DNA of 64,000 nt from positions 26,164,001 to 26,228,000 of the forward strand of contig OZ024742.1 of the NCBI GenBank assembly GCA_964016885.1, written 5' to 3'. Under the pieces are notes generated by a model that did no database searches, was not told the DNA's origin, and worked only from the letters and a program-made list of their open reading frames with translations. The translations under genes were made by a program, and so were the position numbers. This stretch comes from Eledone cirrhosa (lineage: Eukaryota). Shown here in pieces: positions 10,076-24,085 of this stretch; the stretch's first letter is position 1, and every line of letters starts with the position of its first letter.

Positions 10076-11523
10076 CTCGGGGTCTGGTTCGGACCAGACC
10101 TCCAGGTGGAGAAGAACAGGGGTGAGGTGACGAACAGGGTGTTTGCACTGACCCAGAAGTGGGCTGAGTGCAAACTGTCCCTGAAAGGTCGGGCGGAGGT
10201 GGCGAACACTTATATAGCGTCCGTCATCTACTACCGCCTGACCTTTGTGCCTTGCCCAAGGGAAACGCTCGCCAAAATGGAGCGCGCACTCTTCCAATTC
10301 CTTTGGAAGAAGCGGGCTCCTATGGTGAGGAGATCCATCTGCTGTCAACACCCTTCGAAAGGAGGGCTGGGGATGCCGTGGCTAATGATACGTAAACACG
10401 CATTAAGGCTACGGCACCTTCAGGTATTCCTCTCCGGTCAACCGGTGTGGGCCCCGTTTGTGAGGCGAGCCTTTCCCAGACTCGTCTCACTCACCGAGCT
10501 GCAATCCTGGGTCAAGCAAAGACCGAGAAAACTGGGCGCCTGGCACACCGAGTGTGCCCAGGCGCTCACGGCTCTCTGGCAGGCGGACCCGGCTGTCAGT
10601 GGAGAATCCACCTCGTCATTCTATAGAGGGCTGGTGGTTAGCAGGTGCGACGACGCCCTCGGAGAAGCCCTAGGCATGGAGGAAGACGAACTGGCCAACC
10701 TGTTCGGTAGGACATTCAGCCCGGGACCCATGGACAACTTCCAGAGGTCCCTGGCCTGGCAATGCTACAGAAGGGCTCTGCCCGTTCGAGAAAGGCTCTA
10801 CAGACACGGGCGCCCGGGTAGGGACCGATCGAAAAAGATCTGTCCCAGATGCGTGTGCGACGAGGAAACCGTTGCACACGCATTGGTACACTGCTCGGGC
10901 ATTGCCGATCTGTGGGGCTATGTCGAACAACTGCTGTCAAGGGTGGGACCGATCCGGTTGACCACCGAGCCTATTGTGACGATCAAGCCGCCTCCCCTCT
11001 TCAAAAACGAAGGAGAGGCGGTGTTTCTGTGCGTAATAGCCATGGTGAAAGAGGTTGTATGGTGGACGCGTCTGAAAGGACTGAGGTCAGACACCTTTCT
11101 CTCTGGCCAACAACTGGTCCGTTTCTTCCGATATCATTTCGGAAGAAGGATCAGGATGGAGAGAGAGGTGCTGCACCCCAGCTGTTTCTATGAAAGATGG
11201 GTGAAAGTGGCGAGAATGGCCCGTGTGAATGGGCCTTCACTCTACATCAGACTATAGGTGAGGAAGATGAAAGACCAAGGGAGCACCACTTCTCTGTGCT
11301 CCTGAGGTGAAGGGTTGCACACTTTTTTATTGGGTGTGTGCGACCCCCCAAGGCGCCTCCTCTCTATTGAGGACTTTGTTATAAATTTTATTTTTTGTTA
11401 TATTTTATTTTATTTTTTCATATATTGTTATTGCCTCCTCCTTATTGAGGACGCCTTGTTTTGTAAACTCCCCCCATTGTACTTGTCCCACTTGTGATGC
11501 CCTGGTGGCAAGTAAAAGAAACA
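10076..11523 (+). mobile_element. Tx1-like LINE copy 2 (subfamily B), 5'-truncated
   Basis: Begins in the RT thumb (LGVWFGPDL), open to TAG at 11257. 3'UTR nearly identical to copy 5. Confidence 0.92.
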
Positions 11524-11757
11524 TATCTCTCTCTCTCTCTATCAGACGTGTGTAACTTCGTGGAGAAGTTTCCGTTAATTTATGTAGAAAAAAAACGTGA
11601 GTTTTTAGTTAAATTTTATATTATTGTGTAACTTGACCTCCCGTCTGATTTCAGGTGGTGGGTCAACTCATTTTTGCCCCTACAGGGGCGAAATATCCGT
11701 TTGAAATTTTTTCTCCATCGAATCTTGGAAAAAATATTGTAAAAGTTTGATTACGTT

Positions 11758-13609
11758 ATGAACGCTGCGTCCAACGATAATGGTGGTGGAGAGGCGATAA
11801 GACTACAAAGCTCGCAGTCAACATCGTCTTCTTCACTAGATACTATAGAGATGGAAAGACGAAATGAAAATGCAAAAACAAATTCATATCCAAACAACAC
11901 AAATGACACCAAACAGTTCAATGACAACAAAAATAACAGCAACACCAATAATGATGATAAAAAAAACAAGGATAACAACAACAAAGAAAAAAATAAAGAC
12001 AACACCAATAACACCAGCATCAAAGACAACAACAACACCAAGGAAAATACGAATAATATCAACATCGGTGACAACAAGAATAACAACAACAATAACAACA
12101 ATAATGACAACACCACCAACACGGATAATTCCACAAAGAAACCAAAAACATCTTTGCACAGAAAGTTAAAAAAAAGGAGGAACTGATATATATCGACATA
12201 ACACATGCAGAACAACTTTTAAAGGACGCTAGGAGATATGTCACTTTCAAAAAAATGGTGCTTTCAGCATCAATTCTCCGGTAGAAATTCGCAAGGAAAC
12301 TGCTCTCAAAACGATAGTTTTTAGGACAGTTTCCAATTCTACCCGAAAACCAGTCCAATTGTCACAGATAGAAATTGTTCTGGTTTTTAAAAATTCAATG
12401 AATGATATTGCATTCATTCAAAGAAGCAAACTTTTTGGGAGTATCCAACCTGTACACATTTTTCCCCTACATACATGAGAAAAAGGAGACAAAAGATCAA
12501 AATCACGAGTGTCACACCAAAGGTGAAAATATGGTGGATACTGTGCGGCTTCATCAATTTTGATTAAGAGAGAATACTGTCAGTAGGAAAGTCCCCCAGA
12601 GATGTATTCAATGGGACTAGCATTGAAGTTCTGGTGCAAATAAGCCCAGAGCGAATAGCTATGATCCCACAACGTGTACTCCTGGACGGACTCACCTACA
12701 TAAACTTTTCGGTTGAGGGTAGGCGGCCTTCATGTTAACATTGCTCTAGCGGGGGTCACCTGAAGGCTTCCTGTCCTAAATTAATGAATAAAAAAAAGGC
12801 TCTTCTGCCAACACCCATCAAAACAACACAACCACCAACACCACCACAACAACAACACCAACACACAAAAATAACCACAAAAAACACAGTCCAAACCAAC
12901 CTCACTCCACCTAAAACCACTGCAAAATCACATACAGACACAACAGCTCCCCAAGACATACCCCTCCCCAATCACACAGACGATACAACAGATGAGGCTA
13001 TCTCGCCATCACCCAGTGAAGACGAGGGAGAACCCCATCGCTTGAAAAGAAAGAAAAGACATCACAAAAGCAAAAAACCAGCAAACACTACCACAAACAT
13101 ACAACCACAAACACAAACAACAAAAACATCACAAACAAAACCCCCACCTCCTGAAAACAAAATACCTACAACAAAACGAAAGCGCACACAAGAATTACAG
13201 ACAAAAACAAACACAACACAAGAAAATTACACTTACATAAACACTGAAAACAAAACACTAATGGAGACCATCACGAACGACCCTTCGGTGAAAACCGAAT
13301 GGAAAACTTTCGCCCACTCTATTAAAAATAGCAAAATACTGAACCTAAAACTGATTAGGGTCCCTATACAAACTTATAGGTCCCTAAAAGAAACAATTGA
13401 GAAGGATGTGGGGAATTCCTGCGTGAAACCACTCAACCGCGTCCTTCTCAAATGTCTCCCCACCCCAGACACCCCCCATCCCACCAGACCCCACCCCACC
13501 AAACATCTCTCTCCCCACCCCGCCGGAAACCACTACCCATCCAGACAGTCCCTCCAACACTCCCATGGAAATCGTGCGGCTTGGTCCCCAGGAGACGAAG
13601 GGTGAGTGA
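11758..13609 (+). pseudogene. Copy 3 ORF1, disrupted
   Basis: Fragments homologous to ORF1 of copies 1/5 (broken knuckle near 12730-12775, YTYIN, KPLNRVLLK, MEIV). Stops and frameshifts. Confidence 0.8.
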
Positions 13610-13642
13610 TCTCTTTTCCTCTTTTAACTTTTCAGCACCAAC

Positions 13643-16600
13643 ATGGCCAATATAAGAGTTGGATGTGTGAACGTACGCGGCCTGGGGATGCAGGTCGCAC
13701 TGTATGGATGTGGTAGCCATTTGCGACATGATCCACAGCGAGCGACAGCTGGCCCCCATCTTCGATGACTTTGAGATCTACGCATCTCTCTGTCAACCGG
13801 GGCGGGGGGTGGGGAAGAAGTTGCCGTTTTGCTGCGGAAACACCTGGGCCTCGTAACAAAGACGGTACATCTGGACCCGGAGGGTCGACTGGTGGTCCTA
13901 GACGTTGACGGTAGTGAAGGTAGAGCCTTCAGGGTGGTGGCCGCATATGCCCCATCCGGGACACCGCGGCCAGACTTCTTCAAACGTCTAGAGACTTTTC
14001 TGGGAACATCCCTCTCCTTGCTTTTAGTGGGGGACTGGAATGGAATCCTAGATGCACGTTGGGACTATGTGGGAGCATGTCCCGATAAAGGGGGGTGTAA
14101 CAGCTTCAAACAGTTAATCGACTGATTTAACCTGGCCGATAGATATCGACTAGATTTTCCGACTGCGCCACTGTGGACGTGGACTTATCGTAGCGGAACA
14201 TCTAGATCGTACCTAGATAGGGTTCTAGTTAGAAATAAGGGTAGGGACATGTTAAGCTGTCCACAAATGTTCATGGTTGCCTATTCAGATCACAAACTAG
14301 TGACCTGCATGGCCAACCTTGATAGAACCGATAGACAAGGACCCGGCTACTGGAAGCTGAACTTGTCGTTACCGACAAGCAAAGCCTACAGTAGATGGAT
14401 TAGCACTTTAGTTAAACAGCACTTGACAGGGGCCATTGTCAACAACAGATGGCGGTACACTCTCAAGAGGGCAGTTAGATTAGACTCGATAGTTTTTAGT
14501 AAAGAATTAGCTTTAGATAGAAATAGAACCGAGAAGGAACTGGTAGATAAAGTAGAAGAGGCAATTAGAACTGGCAACGTAGCCAGCGTGCTAGCAACGA
14601 GAACGGCCTTGGACCAGTTCTTAGACGCAAAGCATGGGGGCTGCGTTGTCAGAAGTAAAAAATACGTGCTCTGGGAAACGAGGGAGCCAAAGCTGTTAGC
14701 TGGGCCCGAGTGACGGAGGCAAAAAGTGGCAACAAGTCCACGATTCGGTCTTTGGAGGACCAAAACGGACGCGTGATACGTGAGCCGAAGCAGATGTGTG
14801 CGGCTTTTCAGCGGCACTTTGCTCAACTGTTCAGGAGGGGCGACGCGCCGGGAGAGGCTATGGATTTTGGTCCATACCTCGACGGCCTACCGCGACTCTC
14901 GGACAGCGAGGCAAAGTTCTGCGAAAAGCAGATTTCAGCCACTGAGATAGGGGACGCGCTGCGCCAATGCGGCAAAAGCAAATCTCCAGGTCTCCACGGT
15001 CTACCCTGCGAATGTTACGTAGCAATGCCGGACTTATTCTCCGGTCTCCTGGAAGCGGTCTACTGCAACTGGCAACAGAACGGCAGAATTCCCAGTTCTG
15101 TAACCGGGGGCGTGGTCACACTAATCAGGAAGGACCAGAATAAGGGGGATGACATAGGAAACGTCTGGCCCATAACTCTGCTAATCACAGAGTTACAGAT
15201 TTTGGCCAAGGTGTTGGCAAACAGGCTGGCGCTTGTCGTCGAGAACCTAGTGAAGAAGCGCAGACATGCGCAATCCCGACCAGGTCCATACACGACAACC
15301 TCCACCTCATGCGATACATCATAGAGAGGGTAGGATGTAAACCCGGCCTCGGTGGGGCCCTGATCAACTTGGATCAGTCTAAGGCTTTCGATAGAGTTGA
15401 CCATCGTTACCTGGATGCGGTGCTCGAGGCGGCAGGCTTCGGACCCGTGTTCAGGGGCTGGATTGCTGCAATGCACAACAGCAATATCTGCTCAAGGGTC
15501 AAGGTGAATGGCTACCACTCGGAGCCGTTCCATATTACGCGATCCATTCGACAGGGATGCCCTCTCTCCTCCCTTCTGCACGTACTGACTCTCGAGCCAC
15601 TACTGCGGAAGCTGGAGCTATTGCACGGCATCCCTCTGGAACCGGGACTGCGGAAAGCGGCGTCGGCCTACGCCGACGACGATACAGTAATGGTGTCTAG
15701 TGCCACGCAAATCGAGGAAGTCGGCACCTTACTGAAGGAATACGAAAGTTTCACAGGAGCGAAGCTGAACCGGGACAAGTCCATCGGTTTGCAACTCAGA
15801 TCGTGGAGAGGCAAACCGATGCCTTCCGATGGCGTCGTCGGACGCTGGACGGAAGGACCGGTAAAGCTGCTCGGGGTCTGGTTTGGTCCGGACCTCCAGG
15901 TGGAGAAGAACTGTAACGAAGTGACGGCCAAGGTGTTTGCACTCACCCAGAAGTGGGCCGAGTGAAAACTATCCTTGAAAGGTCGAGCGGAGGTGGCGAA
16001 CACTTTTATAGAGTCCGCCATCTACTACCGCTTGACCGTCATGCCTTGTCCAGCCAAAACGCTCGCCAAAATGGAGCACGCGCTCTTCCGATTCCTTTGG
16101 AAGAGGCGGGCTCCTTTGGTGAGAAGATCCATCTGCTGCCAACACCCTTCTAACGGAGGGCTGGGGATGCCGTGGTCGACGATGCGCAAACACGCGCTCA
16201 GGCTGCGGCATCTCTACGTATTCCTCACCGGACAACCGGTGTGGGCCCCGTTCGTGAGGCGAGCCTACCAACGACTCGTCATGCTAACCGAGCTGCAGTC
16301 CTGGGTCAATCAAAGACCGAGGAAAATGGGCGACAGGCACATCGAATGTGCTCAGGCGGTCACAGCCCTCTGGCAGGCGGACCCGGTGATCAGTGGAGAC
16401 TACACTTCGTCATTCTATAGAGGGTTGATCCGCAGCAAGTGCGACGACGCGCTCGGTGAAACTCTAGGCGTGGAGGAAGATGAACTGGCCAGTCTGTTCG
16501 GTAGGACCTTCCGCCCGGGACCGATGGACAACTTCCCAAAGTCCCAGGCCTGGCAGTGCTACCGAGGAGCTCTAGTAGTTCGAGACAAGCTCTACAGACA

Positions 16601-17051
16601 TGGGCGCCCGGGCAGGGAACCTGCAAACAAGATCTGTCCGAGGTGCATGCGAGACGAAGAAACCGTCACGCACGCATTCTTTCAGTGCCCGGGCGTCACT
16701 GACCTGTGGGGCTATGTAGAACGACTATTGTCGCGGGTGGGACCAATCCGGTTGACCACCGAGTCCATTGTCATGATCAAACCGCCACCCTCCTTCAAAA
16801 ACGAAGGAGAGGCGGTTTTCCTTTGTGTGATAGCTATGGTGAAAGAGGTTGTATGGTGGACAAGGTTGAAAGGGCTGAGGTCAGACACCTTTCTCTCCGG
16901 CCAACAACTGATTCTTTTTTTCAAATACCACTTTGGAAGAAGAATCAGGATGGAGAGAGAGGTGCTGTACCCCAGCAAGTTTTATGAAAGGTGGGTGAAA
17001 GTGGCGAGAATGGCCCGAGTGAATGGGCCTTCTCTCTATATCAGCCTGTAG
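13643..17051 (+). pseudogene. Copy 3 ORF2, disrupted
   Basis: Starts MANIRVGC. EN/RT/CCHC motifs are spread over several frames (ORF track 13829, 14249, 14710, 15309, 15975). Confidence 0.9.
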
Positions 17052-17519
17052 GTTGAGGAAAAGGAGGAGGAGAGGAAAGGAGTACAAGCTCTTCGTACTC
17101 CTGGAGATGAGGGTTGCACATTTTTTTTTCGGGGGTATGTGTTACCCATATAAACTGTCTCCCTCTATTGGGGAAAATCGACTAACTTTTAAATTCCATC
17201 TGTGATAACATTTTACACGTTTTTATTGTATGTAAACTTCCCCCTTTGTATTTGTCCCCTTCTTTTGTGCCCCTGTGGCTAATAAAGAAATATATCTATC
17301 TATCTATCTATCTATCTTGATAGAGTAAGACACGCTTCACATCGGCTCCGCTATTCCATCGGGATTTACCCTTACTATTGTAATTACCGGATAAATTTTT
17401 CAGTGCAACACATTTGGAACACGAACCGCTGTTATTTAGGGAAACATCTTTGCATTTACCCCCTTTTTAGGGGGTAAAATAAATATCTAATTTTGCCGAA
17501 AAATTTCGTTCTTGGCAGC

Positions 17520-19343
17520 ATGGCGGAAAAGATGGCAGACATGTCTGCCATTAGCTCTGCCACGCCCCCCAAGTCTGAAGAACAAACAATAATTACAACA
17601 AAATTAGACAACGAAACAAACAAAGAAAATGAAAAAACAAATGTTAAGGAAAATGAGCAAACGGAAAACAAACAAACAGAAAATAATACAAATAACAACA
17701 GGGCAACTTTCGCCCAGAAAACAAAACAATCCATTACATACACACCAATTGACCTAACGGCCGCCAGAGAAAAACTGGCCGAAGCAAAGAAACACATTGT
17801 TTTGGGGGAGAATGGAATGTTTTCCATTAACTCCCCCCCCAGAATTCAAGAAAGCGAGAACAGAGAACACAGTTCTCTTCAGAACAATCCTAAACGAAAC
17901 AAGAAAGCCAGCACAACCCAGCCAAATGGAGATAGAGTTGGTCCTAAAAGACTATATGAAGAATATTCTCTTCATACGAAAGGACCGACTCTATGGCAGC
18001 ATTTCGGTCCTAACAAAAGACAAGGAAACGGCGGAGAAGCTTTCCATAAGCCCACTCTCATCGACAACATACAGCTTCTATCCCTCCTACATGGGTAGAA
18101 GAACACAGAGAGTAAAAATACAAACAATGCTGCCCACAATGGACTTCTGGTGGGCTATTGCTGGCTTCATAGACATGGGCGAGGACACAGTGCTGTCAAT
18201 GGGGAAGGCATCCGGAGATGCGTTCCTGGGAATGGGCCTCGACCTACTAGTCCAAATGAGGCCCGAAAGAATAGCACAAATCCCGGATCGCATCTGGCTG
18301 GATGAGCTCACCCCAATAGATATAATTGTAGAGGGGAGAAGACCAGCATGCTATTTATGCATGGAAAGGGGACACATTAAGGCTAACTGCCCGAAACGTG
18401 TCCCTCAAAAAGGACTATTGCCCACACCCACCACAAACAGTACACCAACACCACCCACCTCCAAAAATACACTAATATCACACACAGCAAACAAAATACA
18501 AACACCACCAAGCACATCACCACCACCTGCAGCAAACACAAGCTCGACACAAAAATCACCACCACCATCACCAACACAAACACCATCACCACCATTACCA
18601 ACCACAAGCACGACACAAACAGCACCACCACCACCACAAAACGCATTCCAAACAAATAATAAAAAAAACAGCAACAAATCTACCCCTCCCGCAAAAAAAA
18701 AACCAGACACGACGTCCCTCCCACCTAGCGCTGAAGAGTTTCCCCCAACTTCTGAAGAAGAAGGAGGAGAAGCCTTCAGACAAGTTAAAAGAAAAAAAAG
18801 AAAGCACACACCCAGCACACCACAAATAACCCACACACAAACACCAACTCCAATAAAAAACACCCCACCCTCAACAAACAAAAATAAATCTGCGCCTCCC
18901 CTCTCCGAAACATTGACAGCATCACAAAAAAAGACGTTGCAATACACATATATAAATAAAGAAAACAAAAAACTGGTTAAATTAATAAACAATAACCCTA
19001 TGGTGCAGACCGAAGGGCCAAACTTTATCTCAACAGAGAACTTCACCCATTTAAAAATGATAAAGGTCCCTCTGGACCTTTATCGTTCCTTAAAAGAACA
19101 ATTTAGACAGGACGTGAGCCCCCCCCCCCCCCCCTGTTTAAAACCGTTAAATCGCGTCCTCTTGAAAGATTTCCCATAACCTCCCCTCTCCCTGACACAA
19201 TTCCAAACACCCCAACCCAACCACACTCGGGCACCCCCACACCACCACAAAACATCCCTCCACCCAACACACCTGACGCCATGGAAATTACACAACCCGG
19301 AGAGGTAAGTGCTTTTCTTTCTTCACTTTCAACACCAAAATAG
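17520..19343 (+). pseudogene. Copy 4 ORF1, frameshifted
   Basis: MAEKMAD start, CYLCMERGHIKANC knuckle. Frameshifts in C-runs at ~17833-17840 and ~19173. Confidence 0.82.
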
Positions 19344-19348
19344 ATCAA

Positions 19349-22300
19349 TTGAGAGTTGGCTGTTTGAACGCGCGTGGCCTGGGCTCAGCTTGGAAGCAAG
19401 CAAAGCTACTAAGTGACCTCAGGTCACGAAGTATAGATGTGATGGTTGTTTACGAGAGTCGGATCAGCAGCGTGCGACAGCTGGCTCCCGCCTTCGATGA
19501 CTTTGAGATGCACGCATCTCTCTGTCAACCCGGAGGCGGGGGGGGGGGAGTTGCAGTACTGCTGGATAAACGTCTGGCTCTCGACGTACAGATTGTTCAC
19601 TCGGACCCGGGGGGTCGAATACTGGTGCTGGACGTCGGAGGCGGTGAAGGCGGGGCTTTCAGACTGGTCGGTCTTTATGCCCCCTTCGGGGCTGAAAGAG
19701 CCGACTTCTTCCAGCGTCTGGAGACTTTTCTAGGAACGTCGCGTTCCCTGCTTTTAGTGGGGGACTGGAATGGAATCCTAGATGCGCGTTGGGACTATGC
19801 AGGGGCATGTCCCGATAGAGGGGGGGGTGTAGCAGCATCAAGGGGTTACTCGATCGATTCGACCTGGTCGATAGATTTCGACTAGATTGTCCAACTGCGC
19901 CAACCTGGACCTGGGCAAACCGCAGTGGACAATCTAGATCGTACCTAGATAGGTTTTTGGTTAGGAGTAAGGATAGGGACGTATTTAGTTGTCCAGAATT
20001 GATCATGGTTGGCTATTCAGATCACAAATTAGTGACCTGCGTGGTCAACCTTGATAGAACGCATAGACAGGGTCCCGGTTACTGGAAGATGAACTTGTCC
20101 TTGCCGGCAAAGAAAGATTACAGGAACCGGATTAGTAGCTTAGTTAAGATGCGGTTGACGGGAGCGATTGTCAACAGTAGGTGGTGGGTATCTCTAAAGA
20201 GAGAGATTAGAGCAAGTTCGATAGGTTACAGTAAGGAAGCAGCGGCGAATAGAAATAGGAAGGAAAGGGAGTTAACAGATAAACTAGAAGAGGCGATTAG
20301 GAGCGGAGACGTAGCCAGAGTGTTAGCGGCGAGAACGGCGTTGAGCCAGTTCTTTGACGCGAAGCACGAAGGCTGCGTTGTCCGAAGTAAAATACGTGCT
20401 TTAGGAAACGAGGGGACCAAAGCTGTTAGCTGGGCCCGCGTGACAGAAGCCAAGAGTGGGATTAAATCCACCATTCGGTCTTTGCGAGACCAGGATGGAC
20501 GCGTGATCCTTGAACCTGAGCGGATGTGGGAGGCCTTTCAAAGGCACTTTGCTCGACTGTTCGGAGGGGGCGGGGGGCCGGACGGGGATGTGGACTTCAG
20601 TCCATAACTCGACGGTCTACCACGTCTTTCGAGCGGCGAAGCGGAGTGCTGCGAAAGGCCAATCACAGCCACTGAAATCGGGGAAGCGCTCAGCCAATGC
20701 AGCAGACGCAAATCTCCGGGTCTCGATGGTCTACCATACGAACTTTATTTAGCTATGCCGGTCTTGTTCTCCGAACTCCTCGAGGCTGTCTATTGCAACT
20801 GGCACACAGAACGGGAGAATTCCCTGTTCTGTGACCAAGGGCGTAGTCACGCTAGTGAGGAAGGACGAGAGCAAGAGGGACGACTTAAGTAACTTTAGGC
20901 CCATAACTCTGCTGAATGCAGAGTTACAGATTTTGGCCAAGGTGTTGGCGAAGAGGTTGGCACTTGTGGTGGGTGGTTTGGTGGGAGACGCGCAGACATG
21001 CGCTATCCCGTCCAGGTCCATTCACAACAACCTCCACCTCATGCGATACATCATAGAGAGAGTTGGCAACGAACACGACTTTGGTGGGGCCCTGATCAAC
21101 TTGGATCAATCTAAGGCGTTTGATAGGGTCGACCATGGTTACCTGGATGCGGTGCTAGCGGCGGCGGGCTTCGGACCCGTTTTCAGGGGCTGGATTTCTG
21201 CCATGCACAGTGGCAACATCTACTCTAGGATTAAAGTAAACGACTACCTCTCGGAGCCGTTTCAAATCACCCGGTCCATCAGACAGGGGTGCCCCCTCTC
21301 CTCCCTTCTGTACGTATTGACTCTCGAGCCACTGCTGCGGAAGTTGGAGTTGCTGCGGGGCATACCCCTGGAACCGGGATTGCACAAAGCGGTCTCGGCC
21401 TATGCCGACGACGTAACAGTAATGGTGGCGGACGCCTCGGAAATCGGGGCGATCGCCACCCTACTGGAGGAATACGAAAGGCTGACGGGGGCTAGGCTGA
21501 ACCGGGACAAGTCAGTCGGTTTGCAACTCGGAACGTGGAGGGGCAAACCGATGCCGTTAGACGGTGTCGTCGGGCGGTGGACGGAGGGCCCGGTGAAGCT
21601 GCTCGGGGTCTGGTTCGGACCGGACCTCCAGGTGGAGAAGAATTGGGGCGAGGTGACGAGCAGGGTGTTTGCGCTGACCCAGAAGTGGGCCAAGTGCAAA
21701 CTATCACTGAAAGGTCGAGCGGAGGTGACGAACGCTTACATAGCGTCCGTCATCTGCTACCGCCTGACCGTCGTGCCTTGCCCCAAGGAAAAGCTCACCA
21801 TCATGGAACGCATGCTCTTCCAGTTCCTCTGGAAGAAGCGGCCTCCCATGGTGAGGAGATCCATCTGCTGCCAGCACCCTTCGAAAGGAGGGCTGGGTAT
21901 GCCGTGGCTGTTGATGCGTAGGCACGCATTGAGGCTACGGCATCTACAGGTATTCCTCACCGGTCAGCCGGTGTGGGCCCCGTTTGTGAGGCGAGCCTTC
22001 CCACAGCTCGTCTCGCTCACCGAGCTGCAATCCTGGGTGAAGCAAAGACCGAGAAAACTGGGCAACTGGCACACCGAGTGTGCCCAGGCGCTCACGGCTA
22101 TCTGGCAAGCGCACCCGACTGTCAGTGGAGAATCCACCTCGACATTCTATAGAGGGCTGGTGGCTAGCAGGGGTGACGACACCCTTGGAGAGACGCTAGG
22201 CATGGAGGAGGACGAACTGGCCAGCCTGTTCGGTAGAACTTTCGGCCCGGGACCCATGGACAACTTCCAGAGGTCCCTAGCCTGGCAGTGTTACCGGGGG

Positions 22301-22783
22301 GCTCTGCCCGTTCGAGAAAAGCTCTACAGACACGGGCGCCCGGGCAGGGATCCAGCGAAAAAGATCTGTCCCAGATGCGTGCGCGACGAGGAAACCGTTG
22401 CGCATGCACTGGTACACTGCCCGGGCGTTGCCGATCTGTGGGGCTACGTCGAACGACTGCTGTCGCGTGTGGCGCCGATTCGATTAACCGCTGAGTCTGT
22501 GGTGAACATCAAGCCGCCGCCTCCCTTCAGAAACGAAGCAGAGGCGGTCTTTCTGTGCGTAATAGCCATGATGAAAGAGGTTGTGTGGTGGACGCGCCTG
22601 AAAGGTCTGAGGTCGGGTGACTTTCTCTCCGGCCATCACCTGGTTTACTTCTTCCGATACCACTTCGGAAGAAGGATCAGGATGGAGAGAGAAGTGCTTG
22701 GCCCCAGACAGTTTTATGAAAGGTGGGTGAAAGAAGCGAGAATGGCTCGTGTAAATGGGCCTTGTCTCTACATTGTTCTGTAG
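19349..22783 (+). pseudogene. Copy 4 ORF2, disrupted
   Basis: Frameshift in the G-run at ~19820, TAA at 20605-20607 and frameshift at ~20805. LDQSKAFD and YADD intact. Confidence 0.9.
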
Positions 22784-23086
22784 GTGAAGAAGTGAAGAGG
22801 AAAGGGGGAGCGCCTCCTCTCTGGGCTTCCCCCGCGAAAAGGGTTGCACACTTTTCGGTGGTATGTGCAATCCCGAATACGCCCCCTCCCTTTTGAGGAC
22901 TTTTTATTATTATATTATTATTGTTATTCCTTTTTCTTTACTCGATTTATGTAAACTCCCCCACTGTGTATTTGTCCCCTTCTATTGTGCCCTCGTGGCA
23001 AATAAATAGAGATTTATCTATATATATATACACATTCGTATACATATAAATATTTATATACCTATATTTATTCGTATATATCTCTC

Positions 23087-23172
<86 letters not shown>

Positions 23173-23406
23173 TTAGAAACACACAGATACATGCGGACAC
23201 ACACATATATACATGAATGCATCCGCACCCAACTGCGAGTTAAGGGTGCCAACTTCACCGATGTTGCTCAATGAATGACTGGGACAGACCAATTCAGTTT
23301 GAACCAGACTGAACCAGTATCAGAGTTAAAAATACATTATGAAGAGAGAAGAAACATTTAGATATAATTGGTAATAAAATGTATCATACCTAAACTGCTC
23401 CTAAAT

Positions 23407-23494
23407 TCCTCGACTACGTAGTTTCGTGGCATAAACAAAAACAATATATCAAAGATATAGAGTCCTTGCGAGGTCTGCCAACTTATCAAGAGGA
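23407..23494 (-). ncRNA. Type I hammerhead ribozyme, U3-A8 variant
   Basis: Minus strand reads TCCTC TTGATAA GTTGGCA..TGCCAC GAAA CTACGTAG TC^ GAGGA; stems I, II and III all pair. Confidence 0.75.
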
Positions 23495-23997
23495 TACCTC
23501 ATTTTACTAGTTTCAAGAACGCGTCTACACGACGTGAGAAAGAATCCCAAAAGGCGGAGGGGGAGATAGTCACGCGATATAACGGTCGAGAAACAGAGCT
23601 AAGCCTCTTATAACCACGAAGAAAATACCACGGAGGCGGAGGGGGTATTCATATTGAGGCCGTAGAAGAGGTAGTGAAGAAGGCGAGAAGTACGAGTAAT
23701 GGAAGCTTTCCAGTTGTCCCCACACTTCAAAGATTGCTCGACCAGAGGGAGTTATTAATATATTTAGAAACACACAGATACATGCGGACACACACATATA
23801 TACATGAATGCATCCGCACCCAACTGCGAGTTAAGGGTGCCAACTTCACCGATGTTGCTCAATGAATGACTGGGACAGACCAATTCAGTTTGAACCAGAC
23901 TGAACCAGTATCAGAGTTAAAAATACATTATGAAGAGAGAAGAAACATTTAGATATAATTGGTAATAAAATGTATCATACCTAAACTGCTCCTAAAT

Positions 23998-24085
23998 TCC
24001 TCGACTACGTAGTTTCGTGGCATAAACAAAAACAATATATCAAAGATATAGAGTCCTTGCGAGGTCTGCCAACTTATCAAGAGGA
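23998..24085 (-). ncRNA. Type I hammerhead ribozyme, second identical copy
   Basis: Same sequence as 23407-23494. Confidence 0.75.

Larger units (their letters stand above)
11543..17290 (+). mobile_element. Tx1-like LINE copy 3 (subfamily C), full length, decayed
   Basis: Distinct 5'UTR, Asn-rich ORF1, disrupted ORF2, and a 3'UTR with AATAAA followed by (TATC)n. Confidence 0.92.
17318..23014 (+). mobile_element. Tx1-like LINE copy 4 (subfamily A), full length
   Basis: Closely similar to copy 1 end to end. Preceded by (TATC)6 and followed by TATCTATATA. Confidence 0.93.
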
